A stretch of DNA of 48,484 nucleotides from a bacterium (GTDB taxonomy: Bacteria > Zhuqueibacterota > Zhuqueibacteria > Residuimicrobiales > Krinioviventaceae): contig CAXXFV010000011.1 of the NCBI GenBank assembly GCA_963674595.2, positions 1 through 48,484 on the forward strand. The letters run 5' to 3'. Of this stretch, positions 9,945-18,367 are shown piece by piece. The stretch's first letter is position 1; each line of letters opens with the position of its first letter. The notes under the pieces were generated by a model. The model was not told the DNA's origin. It made no database searches and saw only the letters and a list, made by a program, of their open reading frames with translations. The position numbers and the translations under genes are program-made.

Positions 9945-11288
9945 ATGTTTAAATTTTTTCTCGCAGGTTCTGACGCCCCAAAGATAACGGACAAAAGCAA
10001 AATCGCCCGGCTTTTTAAAAGTCATCGTTTGCGTATTATGCTGGCAATAACCGGTGGTTATGGGTTTTACTATACCTGTCGATTACCTCTGTCTGTTGTT
10101 AAAAAACCGTTACTGGACAGTGGAATTTTTACGGCAAACGAATTAGGCATGATCGGTTCTGCTTTTTTTTACGCCTATGCTTTTGGCAAGCTAGTAAACG
10201 GTTTTCTGGCCGATCATGGCAATATGAAAAGGGTCCTGCCGATGGGTTTGTTGTTAACCGCATTGGTAAATCTTGTCATGGGCAATGTATTATTACTGGC
10301 ATTGTGGATCGTTCTGTGGGGTATTAACGGCTGGGTTCAGGGTTTTGGTGCACCAGGAAGCGTTGTAACGCTTTCACAGTGGTTCAGTAACCGTGAAAGA
10401 GGAAGATATTATGGTATCTGGTCCACGGCCCATTCCATAGGTGAGGGATTAACGTTTGTTGGAACAGCAGCACTTGTTTCATTATTGGGATGGCATTCCG
10501 GATTTTGGGGACCCGGTATTCTTTGTGTTATTGTCAGCGTTGTTATGTATATAATGATGGAAGACCGTCCGCAAACATTGGGACTACCATCCATTGCAGA
10601 ATTCAATAATGATATGCCGAATGCAGAGGAACAGGAACAAATTGATAAAACTTCTACTCTGGAGTTACAAAAATTGGTTTTTAAACGACCGGCCATCTGG
10701 ATTCTTGGATTGTCCTCAGCAATGATGTATGTCACCCGTTATGCTGTTAACAGTTGGGGTATTTTGTATTTACAGGAAGCCAGGGGTTTTTCACTTATTG
10801 AAGCCGGGAGCATTTTGGGATTAAATACAGTTGCCGGAATTCTTGGCTGCGTTGCTTATGGCTTTATTTCAGATAAACTTTTCGATGCAAAAAGACCGCC
10901 TGTAACACTTATTTTTGGTCTGCTGGAAGTTATTTCGCTATTTTTCATTTTTGTTATACCTTTTGATAATATTATTATATTAACAGCAGCATTTACACTA
11001 TACGGATTTACGTTGAGCGGAATTTTGGCCGCTTTGGGCGGTTTGTTTGCTACGGATATTACACCGAAAAAAGTAACCGGCGCTGTAATGGGACTTATTG
11101 GGGTTTTTAGTTATTTGGGGGCAGCTATTCAGGAACAAGTAAGCGGGTTTTTAATAGAAAAAAATATGAACATAGTTGATGGTGTAAGACATTATGATTT
11201 TTCATCTGTAATTGTTTTTTGGGTGGGAGCATCGGTCATATCACTTATTCTTGCAACGTCATTATGGCGTGTAAAACCCAAAGCATAA
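9945..11288 (+). CDS. MFS transporter, organophosphate:Pi antiporter (GlpT/UhpT/PgtP) family
   Basis: GYGFYYTCR, AYAFGKLVNGFLAD, WFSNRERGRYYGIWSTAHSIG, RPQTLGLP. Confidence 0.88.
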   Translation: MFKFFLAGSDAPKITDKSKIARLFKSHRLRIMLAITGGYGFYYTCRLPLSVVKKPLLDSGIFTANELGMIGSAFFYAYAFGKLVNGFLADHGNMKRVLPMGLLLTALVNLVMGNVLLLALWIVLWGINGWVQGFGAPGSVVTLSQWFSNRERGRYYGIWSTAHSIGEGLTFVGTAALVSLLGWHSGFWGPGILCVIVSVVMYIMMEDRPQTLGLPSIAEFNNDMPNAEEQEQIDKTSTLELQKLVFKRPAIWILGLSSAMMYVTRYAVNSWGILYLQEARGFSLIEAGSILGLNTVAGILGCVAYGFISDKLFDAKRPPVTLIFGLLEVISLFFIFVIPFDNIIILTAAFTLYGFTLSGILAALGGLFATDITPKKVTGAVMGLIGVFSYLGAAIQEQVSGFLIEKNMNIVDGVRHYDFSSVIVFWVGASVISLILATSLWRVKPKA

Positions 11289-11311
11289 AACTGTAATATA
11301 TGGAGAAATAA

Positions 11312-12115
11312 ATGGATTTAGCAGCATGTATTGAAATGTTGTATACGGAACTGACCTTTGAAGAACGATTTGAAGCTGCAAAAAAAGATGGTTTTCAAGC
11401 CGTCGAGTTTTGGGACTGGCGTGATAAAGACCTGTTTAATATTAAAAATATTTGTGATAACATTGGTATTAAAGTATCAAATTTTAGCGGAAACCGTGAA
11501 ACCAGTATGATCGACCCTGAAATGGAAGATCCTTTTTTAATCGAAGTTGAAAATGCGGTCCATGCTGCAAAAAAAATTGACTGTTCAACACTTATGCTGC
11601 TTGTACAGCCTCTGTTGCCGAATGACGCTGCTTTGCTTCCTGCCGGCAAACTTTCGGATAAGGAAAAACAAGACCAAATTATCCGTGTGGGAAAAAAAGT
11701 CGGTAAAATTGCCCAGGATTATGACATGGAGTTTGTCATAGAACCGTTAAATACTGTCCTTGATCACCCGGATTATTTTTTAAATCGATCACAGCTTTCT
11801 TTTGATATAATGCGGGCCATTGACAATCCACGGGTAAAAGTGCTTTACGATGTCTATCACATGGCTATGGAAGACCAGGATGTTTTTACCGATCTTGAGA
11901 AAAATATGGACATCATCGGGTATGTCCATATCGCTGATAAACCCGGTAGAAATGAACCAGGGTCCGGTACTCTTGATTATCAACGTGTTTTCACATTGCT
12001 GATACAGCTTGGCTATAATGGAACGCTGGGCTTTGAATTTAATCCCAGTGGTATTGATTCTCGATCTGTTTTAAAAACGGTATTTGAAAAATATCCAAAT
12101 CTGGTTCAGGGTTAA
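11312..12115 (+). CDS. Hydroxypyruvate isomerase (Hyi)-like / xylose isomerase-like TIM barrel sugar isomerase-epimerase
   Basis: ERFEAAKKDGFQAVEFW, IEPLN, VLYDVYHM, HIADKPGRNEPGSG, GFEF. Confidence 0.82.
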   Translation: MDLAACIEMLYTELTFEERFEAAKKDGFQAVEFWDWRDKDLFNIKNICDNIGIKVSNFSGNRETSMIDPEMEDPFLIEVENAVHAAKKIDCSTLMLLVQPLLPNDAALLPAGKLSDKEKQDQIIRVGKKVGKIAQDYDMEFVIEPLNTVLDHPDYFLNRSQLSFDIMRAIDNPRVKVLYDVYHMAMEDQDVFTDLEKNMDIIGYVHIADKPGRNEPGSGTLDYQRVFTLLIQLGYNGTLGFEFNPSGIDSRSVLKTVFEKYPNLVQG

Positions 12116-12122
12116 TTGTAAA

Positions 12123-13613
12123 ATGATGACCAGGTTATCAAATATTTCCAAATCTTTTTCCGGAAATAAAGTTCTGGACAACGTTGATATGGAGATATTA
12201 CCTGGTCAAATTCATGCCTTGGTCGGCGAAAACGGTGCCGGCAAATCTACATTAATGAAAATTTTACTGGGTGTGGAACAGGCGGATGAAGGTGAAATAA
12301 TTGTTGACGATCAGGTCAAAAAGTGGAACTCACCCATTGAGGCCAGAAACGCCGGTATTTCAATGGTTTATCAGGAACTTTCCCTTGTACCCACATTAAG
12401 TGTTGTGGAAAATGTTTTTCTCGGAACTTTGGCAAAAAACAAAGCCGGACTGATCGACTGGAATTTGATGAACGACAGGGTAGAGCAGGTTTTTCACGAC
12501 CTGGATGTTCACCTCGATTTAAAAAGGCTGGTTTCGGAACTTTCTATCGCCGAAAAACAGATTGTTGAAATTACACGTTCGCTGGTGCAAAATTCACAAC
12601 TGATTATTTTAGATGAACCGACTTCGCCGTTAACGGAACATGATGCCGCCAAGTTATTTCACCGGCTAAAAAAACTCAAAACACAGGGCATGAGTATTGT
12701 TTATATAACCCATCGGCTTGAAGAGGTTAAAGAAATTGCGGATGTTGTAACAATTCTGCGCGATGGACAAAAAGTGGCGAGTTGTAATGTTTCCGACGTC
12801 AATACAGGTGAGATCATTCATTTTATGGTTGGTCGTGAATTAAATGAACAGTTTCCGCCCAAAAATACAAATTTTGATAAATCTGAAAAAGCCGTATTAA
12901 CGGTCAATAATGCAAGCCTAAATAACGAATTTAAAGACATTTCCTTTACTTTACGTCGCGGAGAAATTTTAGGGATTTCCGGGCTGGTAGGGTCCGGGCG
13001 GACAGAGTTGGTGGAATGTATTTGCGGGGTAAAACCCTTTGACAGTGGTTCCGTAGAAAAATACGGACATTCTATCAAAGTCATGTCACCGGTATCCAGT
13101 GTGAAAAACGGCTTTGGTCTTGTTCCCGATGATCGAAAAGACAAAGGATTGATTACAGATGCGTCTGTGCTTTTTAATCTGAATCTGGCAAAAGGCTCAA
13201 CCACCCGAAAGTTTTTGGGCTGGCGCTCAACAAAAGACGAATTCAATTGTGCCAAGTCCTTTGTACAACAGCTTAAAATCAAAGTCCATTCTTATGAACA
13301 GTCTGTTTCCAGTCTGAGCGGCGGTAATCAACAAAAAATTGTTATCGGCAAAGCCCTGGCAACGGAATGTTCTATTATCATATTTGATGAACCCACACGC
13401 GGTATTGATGTTGGTGCAAAAAGGGATATTTACTTTTTAATTCGCGAACTGGCAAGCCGGGGTTCTGCTATCATTGTTGTTTCTTCCGAGTTGGAAGAAA
13501 TATTGGGATTATGCGATAACATTCTCGTTATGCACGAAGGAAGAATAGTCGGCTTGGTTGACGGAGAGAATGCTACTCAGGAACAAATAATGGCGCTGGC
13601 CGTTGGAGAGTGA
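12123..13613 (+). CDS. Monosaccharide ABC transporter ATP-binding protein (RbsA/MglA-type, two NBDs)
   Basis: GENGAGKST, ILDEPT, HRLEE, GLVGSGRTE, LSGGNQQK, DEPTRGIDVGAK. Confidence 0.92.
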   Translation: MMTRLSNISKSFSGNKVLDNVDMEILPGQIHALVGENGAGKSTLMKILLGVEQADEGEIIVDDQVKKWNSPIEARNAGISMVYQELSLVPTLSVVENVFLGTLAKNKAGLIDWNLMNDRVEQVFHDLDVHLDLKRLVSELSIAEKQIVEITRSLVQNSQLIILDEPTSPLTEHDAAKLFHRLKKLKTQGMSIVYITHRLEEVKEIADVVTILRDGQKVASCNVSDVNTGEIIHFMVGRELNEQFPPKNTNFDKSEKAVLTVNNASLNNEFKDISFTLRRGEILGISGLVGSGRTELVECICGVKPFDSGSVEKYGHSIKVMSPVSSVKNGFGLVPDDRKDKGLITDASVLFNLNLAKGSTTRKFLGWRSTKDEFNCAKSFVQQLKIKVHSYEQSVSSLSGGNQQKIVIGKALATECSIIIFDEPTRGIDVGAKRDIYFLIRELASRGSAIIVVSSELEEILGLCDNILVMHEGRIVGLVDGENATQEQIMALAVGE

Positions 13614-13621
13614 TTTTTTAG

Positions 13622-14560
13622 ATGATGAAAATTATAAGACAGCTTGGTCCGCTTTTAGCGTTGGTTGTGATGATTATTTTACTGGCACTCACATCACCCT
13701 ATTTTTTTACAGTTGATAATCTGCTGAATATTTTTCGTCAATCCTCTGTAAACGCCTTGCTGGCGCTTGGGCAATTACTGGTTATTATAACAGCCGGTAT
13801 TGATCTGTCTGTCGGGTCCATGCTTGGTCTGTGTGCTGTGGTTGTTGCCATGCTTCTCAAGGCCGGATGGCCGGTTTATCTTAGCCTTGTCGGCTGTTTG
13901 GCCGTGGGATTGTTTATCGGTTGGATTAACGGCATTATGCTGACAAAGTTAAAATTGCCGCATCCGTTTATATCCACACTGGGAACGATGAACGTTGCCA
14001 GAGGGCTTGCTTTAATCATTTCAGGTGGTTTTCCCATATCGGATTTACCCGGTTCTTTTCGAATTTGGGGTGCATCATCTCTTGGTATTTTTCCTGTTCC
14101 GGTAATAATTGTTTTGGTTATTTATATTATTTTTCATTTATTCTTATCAAAAACAATCTCAGGCAGAGATATTTACGCCATAGGCGGCAACAAGACCGCT
14201 GCTTATTATTCCGGCATCCCGGTAAATAAAAGACTGGTCCTGGTATATTCCCTGAGTGGTTTAATGGCCGGTATTGCCGCCATTATTCTAGCCGGACGTA
14301 TGAACTCCGGATTTCCGCTTGCCGGTGTCGGCGCTGAGTTGGATGCCATTGCGGCCGTTATTATTGGCGGCGCCAGCTTTTTTGGCGGTGTTGGTACTGT
14401 CTGGGGAACATTGATCGGTGCTTTAATTATGGGCGTTTTGCGTAACGGCCTGAATTTGCTGAACGTCTCTTCCTATTGGCAGACTGTTGTCATCGGTCTG
14501 GTCATTGTATGGGCTGTGTGGATTGATGTTTTACGTCAAAAAATGACAAAACGACAATAA
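13622..14560 (+). CDS. Monosaccharide ABC transporter permease (RbsC-type)
   Basis: GIDLSVGS, GRDIYAIGGN, ELDAIAAVIIGGASFFGG. Confidence 0.92.
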   Translation: MMKIIRQLGPLLALVVMIILLALTSPYFFTVDNLLNIFRQSSVNALLALGQLLVIITAGIDLSVGSMLGLCAVVVAMLLKAGWPVYLSLVGCLAVGLFIGWINGIMLTKLKLPHPFISTLGTMNVARGLALIISGGFPISDLPGSFRIWGASSLGIFPVPVIIVLVIYIIFHLFLSKTISGRDIYAIGGNKTAAYYSGIPVNKRLVLVYSLSGLMAGIAAIILAGRMNSGFPLAGVGAELDAIAAVIIGGASFFGGVGTVWGTLIGALIMGVLRNGLNLLNVSSYWQTVVIGLVIVWAVWIDVLRQKMTKRQ

Positions 14561-14577
14561 CAGATAAAGGATTTGTT

Positions 14578-15498
14578 ATGAAAAAGATATTGTTTTTATT
14601 TTTAATAACGGCTCTTTTTGCAAATTGCAACCATCAAAAAGCTGAATTTCGGATTACAATTGTGACAAAAGCAATGGACAGTGAGTTCTGGCAAAAGATA
14701 AAACAAGGCGCTGTTGAAACAGCTAAAGATTATCCGAATGTAGAGTTGAATGTGCTGGCACCTTTACGGGAGATTAATATTGATCAGCAGGTCAATATTC
14801 TTGAAGATCAGATATTAAAAAATGTATCGGCCATTGCCGTTGCCCCGTGCGGCGTTTCGGAGATTCTTCCGGCACTTGACAAAGCCAATGAAAAAGGTAT
14901 TCCGGTTATTACTGTTGACACGGATATCGACTGGCCCCATAAAAAGAGCTATGTCGGAACAGACAACAAACTGGGCGGAGAACTGGCCGGTGAATTTTTA
15001 GCAAAAAAATTAAACGGCAAGGGTAACATTGCGCTCATTCGGGGCATCCCCGGTATTCAAACGCATGAAGACCGTGTTGCCGGTTTTATGCAAGTTATAA
15101 AAGAATATCCTGATTTGAAATTGGTTGCTTCACAGCCTGCAAACAGTGAACGCGACCTGGCCCTGACTGTTATGGAAAATATTTTAACATCTAATCCGAA
15201 TTTGGATGGTGTTTTTATGACCAGTGATCAAATGGCTTTGGGTGCGTTAGAGGCAATTGCCGCCCGTAACAGTCTGGATAAAATAGTTTCAGTAGGATTC
15301 GATGCAGGACACGAAGCGGTTATGGCCGTTAAAGAAAAAAAATTAACAGCCGTTGTCGCCCAAAGTCCCTATAACATGGGGAAAATGGCCTTTTTAACAG
15401 CTTTAAAAATTGCCCAAAAACAGCCTGTTGATCCCCGAATAGACACCGGGACAGAGTTGATTACTATAGACAATGTGGAAAAGTTTCTAACCGAATGA
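14578..15498 (+). CDS. Sugar ABC transporter substrate-binding lipoprotein (RbsB-type)
   Basis: Lipobox FANC, SEFWQKI, GIPVITVD, YVGTDNKLGG, VGFD, VAQSPYNMG. Confidence 0.9.
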   Translation: MKKILFLFLITALFANCNHQKAEFRITIVTKAMDSEFWQKIKQGAVETAKDYPNVELNVLAPLREINIDQQVNILEDQILKNVSAIAVAPCGVSEILPALDKANEKGIPVITVDTDIDWPHKKSYVGTDNKLGGELAGEFLAKKLNGKGNIALIRGIPGIQTHEDRVAGFMQVIKEYPDLKLVASQPANSERDLALTVMENILTSNPNLDGVFMTSDQMALGALEAIAARNSLDKIVSVGFDAGHEAVMAVKEKKLTAVVAQSPYNMGKMAFLTALKIAQKQPVDPRIDTGTELITIDNVEKFLTE

Positions 15499-15510
15499 AA
15501 GAATATATGA

Positions 15511-16386
15511 ATGAAAACTAATTATGATATTTTAATGATTGGTCATTTTGCCAAAGATATTATTAATTATATGGGAAACAGTGAAACATCAAAGGGCGGC
15601 GCGGTTTATTACGGCGGCATGGCGCTGGCCAATTTGGGCTATAAAATTGGCATAGCAACCCGGCTGGCAAAAGCGGACGAAGGTTTGTTGGATGAAATGA
15701 AACAGGCAGGTATCGATCTTTTTCCTGTATTCGGTGACGCAACATCCGGTATTGAGAATATTTATAAAAACGTGGATATGAACCATAGGGATTGCTATCC
15801 ATTGGCCTTTGCCGGTGCCTTTTCAGAATCAGATATTCCGGATATTGACGTAAAAATGATCCTTATTTGCCCGATTATTGCCGGTGAAGTAGATCTCGGA
15901 TTATTAAAATCATTGAGCAAACGTAATGTGCCGATTGCTATGGACATTCAGGGCTTTGTGCGCGTTAATGAAGATAATGAACTTGTTTTTAAAGATTGGC
16001 CGGATAAACTTGAAGGTTTGAAATATATACATTCTTTAAAAATGGATGATAAAGAGGCTGAAATTTTAACCGGAACAAATGATTTAAAAAAAGCGTGTCA
16101 AATCGTTTCAGGATGGGGACCGCGTGAAATTGCTGCAACAAGCAGTGAAGGTTTGCTGGTTTATTCTGATAAACAATTTCATTTTGCACGTTATACTCCG
16201 AAAAAAATCATCGGGCGTACCGGGCGCGGAGATACGACATTTTCCTCCTACCTGGCAAAACGTTTGGATTCACCACCGGAAATTGCCTGTAAATTTGCCG
16301 CCGCTGTTGCTTCCATAAAAATGGAAGCCAAACAGCCCTTTTCCGGTTCTTTAACGCAAGTTGCCGAATATATGGAGAGTAACTAG
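15511..16386 (+). CDS. PfkB/ribokinase-family kinase, TM0415-like (putative PPi-dependent myo-inositol kinase)
   Basis: IGHFAKD, GG motif, DIQGFVR, LKMDDKEAEILTGTNDL, GRTGRGDT, KFAAAVASIKM closely follow Thermotoga TM0415 as I recall it. Confidence 0.78.
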   Translation: MKTNYDILMIGHFAKDIINYMGNSETSKGGAVYYGGMALANLGYKIGIATRLAKADEGLLDEMKQAGIDLFPVFGDATSGIENIYKNVDMNHRDCYPLAFAGAFSESDIPDIDVKMILICPIIAGEVDLGLLKSLSKRNVPIAMDIQGFVRVNEDNELVFKDWPDKLEGLKYIHSLKMDDKEAEILTGTNDLKKACQIVSGWGPREIAATSSEGLLVYSDKQFHFARYTPKKIIGRTGRGDTTFSSYLAKRLDSPPEIACKFAAAVASIKMEAKQPFSGSLTQVAEYMESN

Positions 16387-16781
16387 TTTTTTGCAGGGGC
16401 AAAGATATTTTGAATTGTGTCCAATAATTCTGTTCTTTTTACGGGTTTGTCTAAAAATAACAGAGCACCGGCCGTAATACATTCTTTTCTCATGGCATCA
16501 TCGCCATAAGCGCTCATAACAATACTGTGGATTTGCGGGTGGGTTTGTTTGAGTTGTTTTAAAAGTAATACACCTGAATAGCGGGGCATGCAATAATCAA
16601 CGATTAAAAGATCAATGTCTTTTCTCTGTATTACCAATAACGCATCCGGTACATTTTTGGCTGTTACGGCATTATAACCTGACTTTACAAGGATTTTTTG
16701 CAGCGAAATCCGAAAAGCTTCATCGTCATCCACTATGAGAATGGTCTTGCAACTATTTATTGTCTGTTTATTCAGGCACAT
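16383..16781 (-). CDS. Stand-alone response regulator receiver (CheY-like)
   Basis: ILIVDDD, LLIVDYCMP, MSAY, FLDKP. Confidence 0.85.
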   Translation of the reverse strand: MCLNKQTINSCKTILIVDDDEAFRISLQKILVKSGYNAVTAKNVPDALLVIQRKDIDLLIVDYCMPRYSGVLLLKQLKQTHPQIHSIVMSAYGDDAMRKECITAGALLFLDKPVKRTELLDTIQNIFAPAKN

Positions 16782-16792
16782 GTTATTGAAAA

Positions 16793-16809
16793 GACAAAAA
16801 TAATGCCAT
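16793..16809 (-). promoter_or_regulatory. sigma54-type promoter upstream of the stand-alone receiver
   Basis: Minus strand ATGGCATTATTTTTGTC: GG-N10-GT. Confidence 0.5.
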
Positions 16810-16944
16810 TTTTCTATTTTTTTTAATACCGGTTTTCTAAATTTTTACAAGGAATAAGTGGAGAATTGATAGAGAGTTGAAAAAGATTTGTCATATTTAC
16901 TATCATAAACAAGCAATTTTTACGTATATACATTTCCGCTTAAA

Positions 16945-16990
16945 TTCTTAAAATTAGGAACGATGAAGATTTGATTCCCATAATTAAGAA
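16945..16990. promoter_or_regulatory. Tandem palindromic upstream activator sequences (bEBP sites)
   Basis: TTCTTAAAATTAGGAA (16945-16960) and TTCCCATAATTAAGAA (16975-16990), 30 bp apart. Confidence 0.55.
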
Positions 16991-18354
16991 TGGGGCAAGT
17001 GTGTTGGAATTCCGAGTTCAGACAACTTTCTGTAAAGTGACGACTGGCTTAGTCCCAGAAATTTTGCAGTTTGTTCTTTATCGTTGGATGTTCTGTTCAG
17101 TATTTCCAGAATATAATCATGTTCAAATTTATGGGTTGCTGATTTTAAACTTTGCGGCTGAATATCCTGACAAATAGTATTTTTAAGCGAATGGGGCAAA
17201 TGGTTTCTTGTCAGTATCGATTGATCACATAATATAATGGCCCGCTCGATGACATTGTCCAGCTCTCTTACATTGCCTTTCCAGGGGGCCTGGATTAATA
17301 TTTCCATGGTTTCGTTATCAATGCCTTTAATATTTTTCCCCAACTCATGATTGTGCTTTTCTATAAAAAAATGGACCAACTCCGGAATGTCGGCTTTGCG
17401 TTCATTGAGGGGAGGGATCGTTATGCCCACTACATTTAATCGATAGTATAAATCTTCACGAAACAATCCTTTTTCTATTTCTTTATTCAAATCCTTATTG
17501 GTTGCTGCAATAATACGAACATCAACAGAAAACGGGGTCGTGGAACCGACCGGTTGTATTTCCCGCTCTTCAAGAACTCTTAAAAGTTTTATTTGCAGCG
17601 AAACAGGTATGTTGGCGATCTCGTCTAAAAAAAGAGTGCTTTCATGCGCGGTTTTAAACAAGCCCTCCTTGTCGCGAATGGCGCCGGTAAAGGCACCGCG
17701 AACATGACCAAAAAGTTCACTTTCAATTAAATTTTCATGAATGGCTCCGCAATTAATTGCTACAAATGGTTTTGCATGTCTCTGGCTGGATTTATGAATG
17801 GCCCTGGCAACAAGTTCTTTACCTGTGCCGCTTTCGCCGGTTATTAATACCGTGCTGTTTATGGGGGCAACGCGTTTAATCCACTGGTGCACCTGTTTAA
17901 TGCCGTCACTTTTCCCGATTAATATGCGATGTTTTTCTTTGGCGTCAAGCTGCGTTTTCAAAAACAGGTTTTCCCGTTCCAGGTTCTGTTTTTCAACGGC
18001 TTTTACCAGGGTGTTAATGATGGTCATTTTTTTAAAAGGTTTTGTTATAAAATCATAGGCATTTTCTTTTATTGCCTCAACGGCTTTTTCTATTGTTCCG
18101 TGAGCAGAAATGATAATGACTTCAATTCCCGGATAGTTTTTTTTGATATGTTTTAAAAAGTCAATACCGCTTGTTTTGGGTAAAACCAGATCGCATATAA
18201 TAATATCAATAGGGCCGTGTGAAATTATTTTTTGCGCTTCTCCGCAATCCGGGGCTGTAAATACGTTTATTCCCTCTTTTACCAGCAGCTTGCGAAGCGA
18301 ATTTCGTAATTCCTCTTCATCATCAATAACGAGCACGTTTTTACCGTTTAACAT
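16984..18354 (-). CDS. sigma54-dependent response regulator (NtrC/AtoC/ZraR family: REC-AAA+-HTH)
   Basis: VLVIDDE, IICDLVLP, GESGTGKE, ESELFGHVRGAFTGA, LFLDEI, FREDLYYRL, WKGNVREL, C-terminal Fis HTH; RBS GGAGA before the ATG at 18354. Confidence 0.93.
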   Translation of the reverse strand: MLNGKNVLVIDDEEELRNSLRKLLVKEGINVFTAPDCGEAQKIISHGPIDIIICDLVLPKTSGIDFLKHIKKNYPGIEVIIISAHGTIEKAVEAIKENAYDFITKPFKKMTIINTLVKAVEKQNLERENLFLKTQLDAKEKHRILIGKSDGIKQVHQWIKRVAPINSTVLITGESGTGKELVARAIHKSSQRHAKPFVAINCGAIHENLIESELFGHVRGAFTGAIRDKEGLFKTAHESTLFLDEIANIPVSLQIKLLRVLEEREIQPVGSTTPFSVDVRIIAATNKDLNKEIEKGLFREDLYYRLNVVGITIPPLNERKADIPELVHFFIEKHNHELGKNIKGIDNETMEILIQAPWKGNVRELDNVIERAIILCDQSILTRNHLPHSLKNTICQDIQPQSLKSATHKFEHDYILEILNRTSNDKEQTAKFLGLSQSSLYRKLSELGIPTHLPHS

Positions 18355-18367
18355 GGGACCTCTCCGG

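Noticed and set aside
12123-16386. Calling the cluster rbsACBK (ribose)
   Set aside because: The kinase lacks the ribokinase GAGD motif and resembles TM0415; there is no rbsD or rbsR, so the substrate cannot be assigned to ribose.
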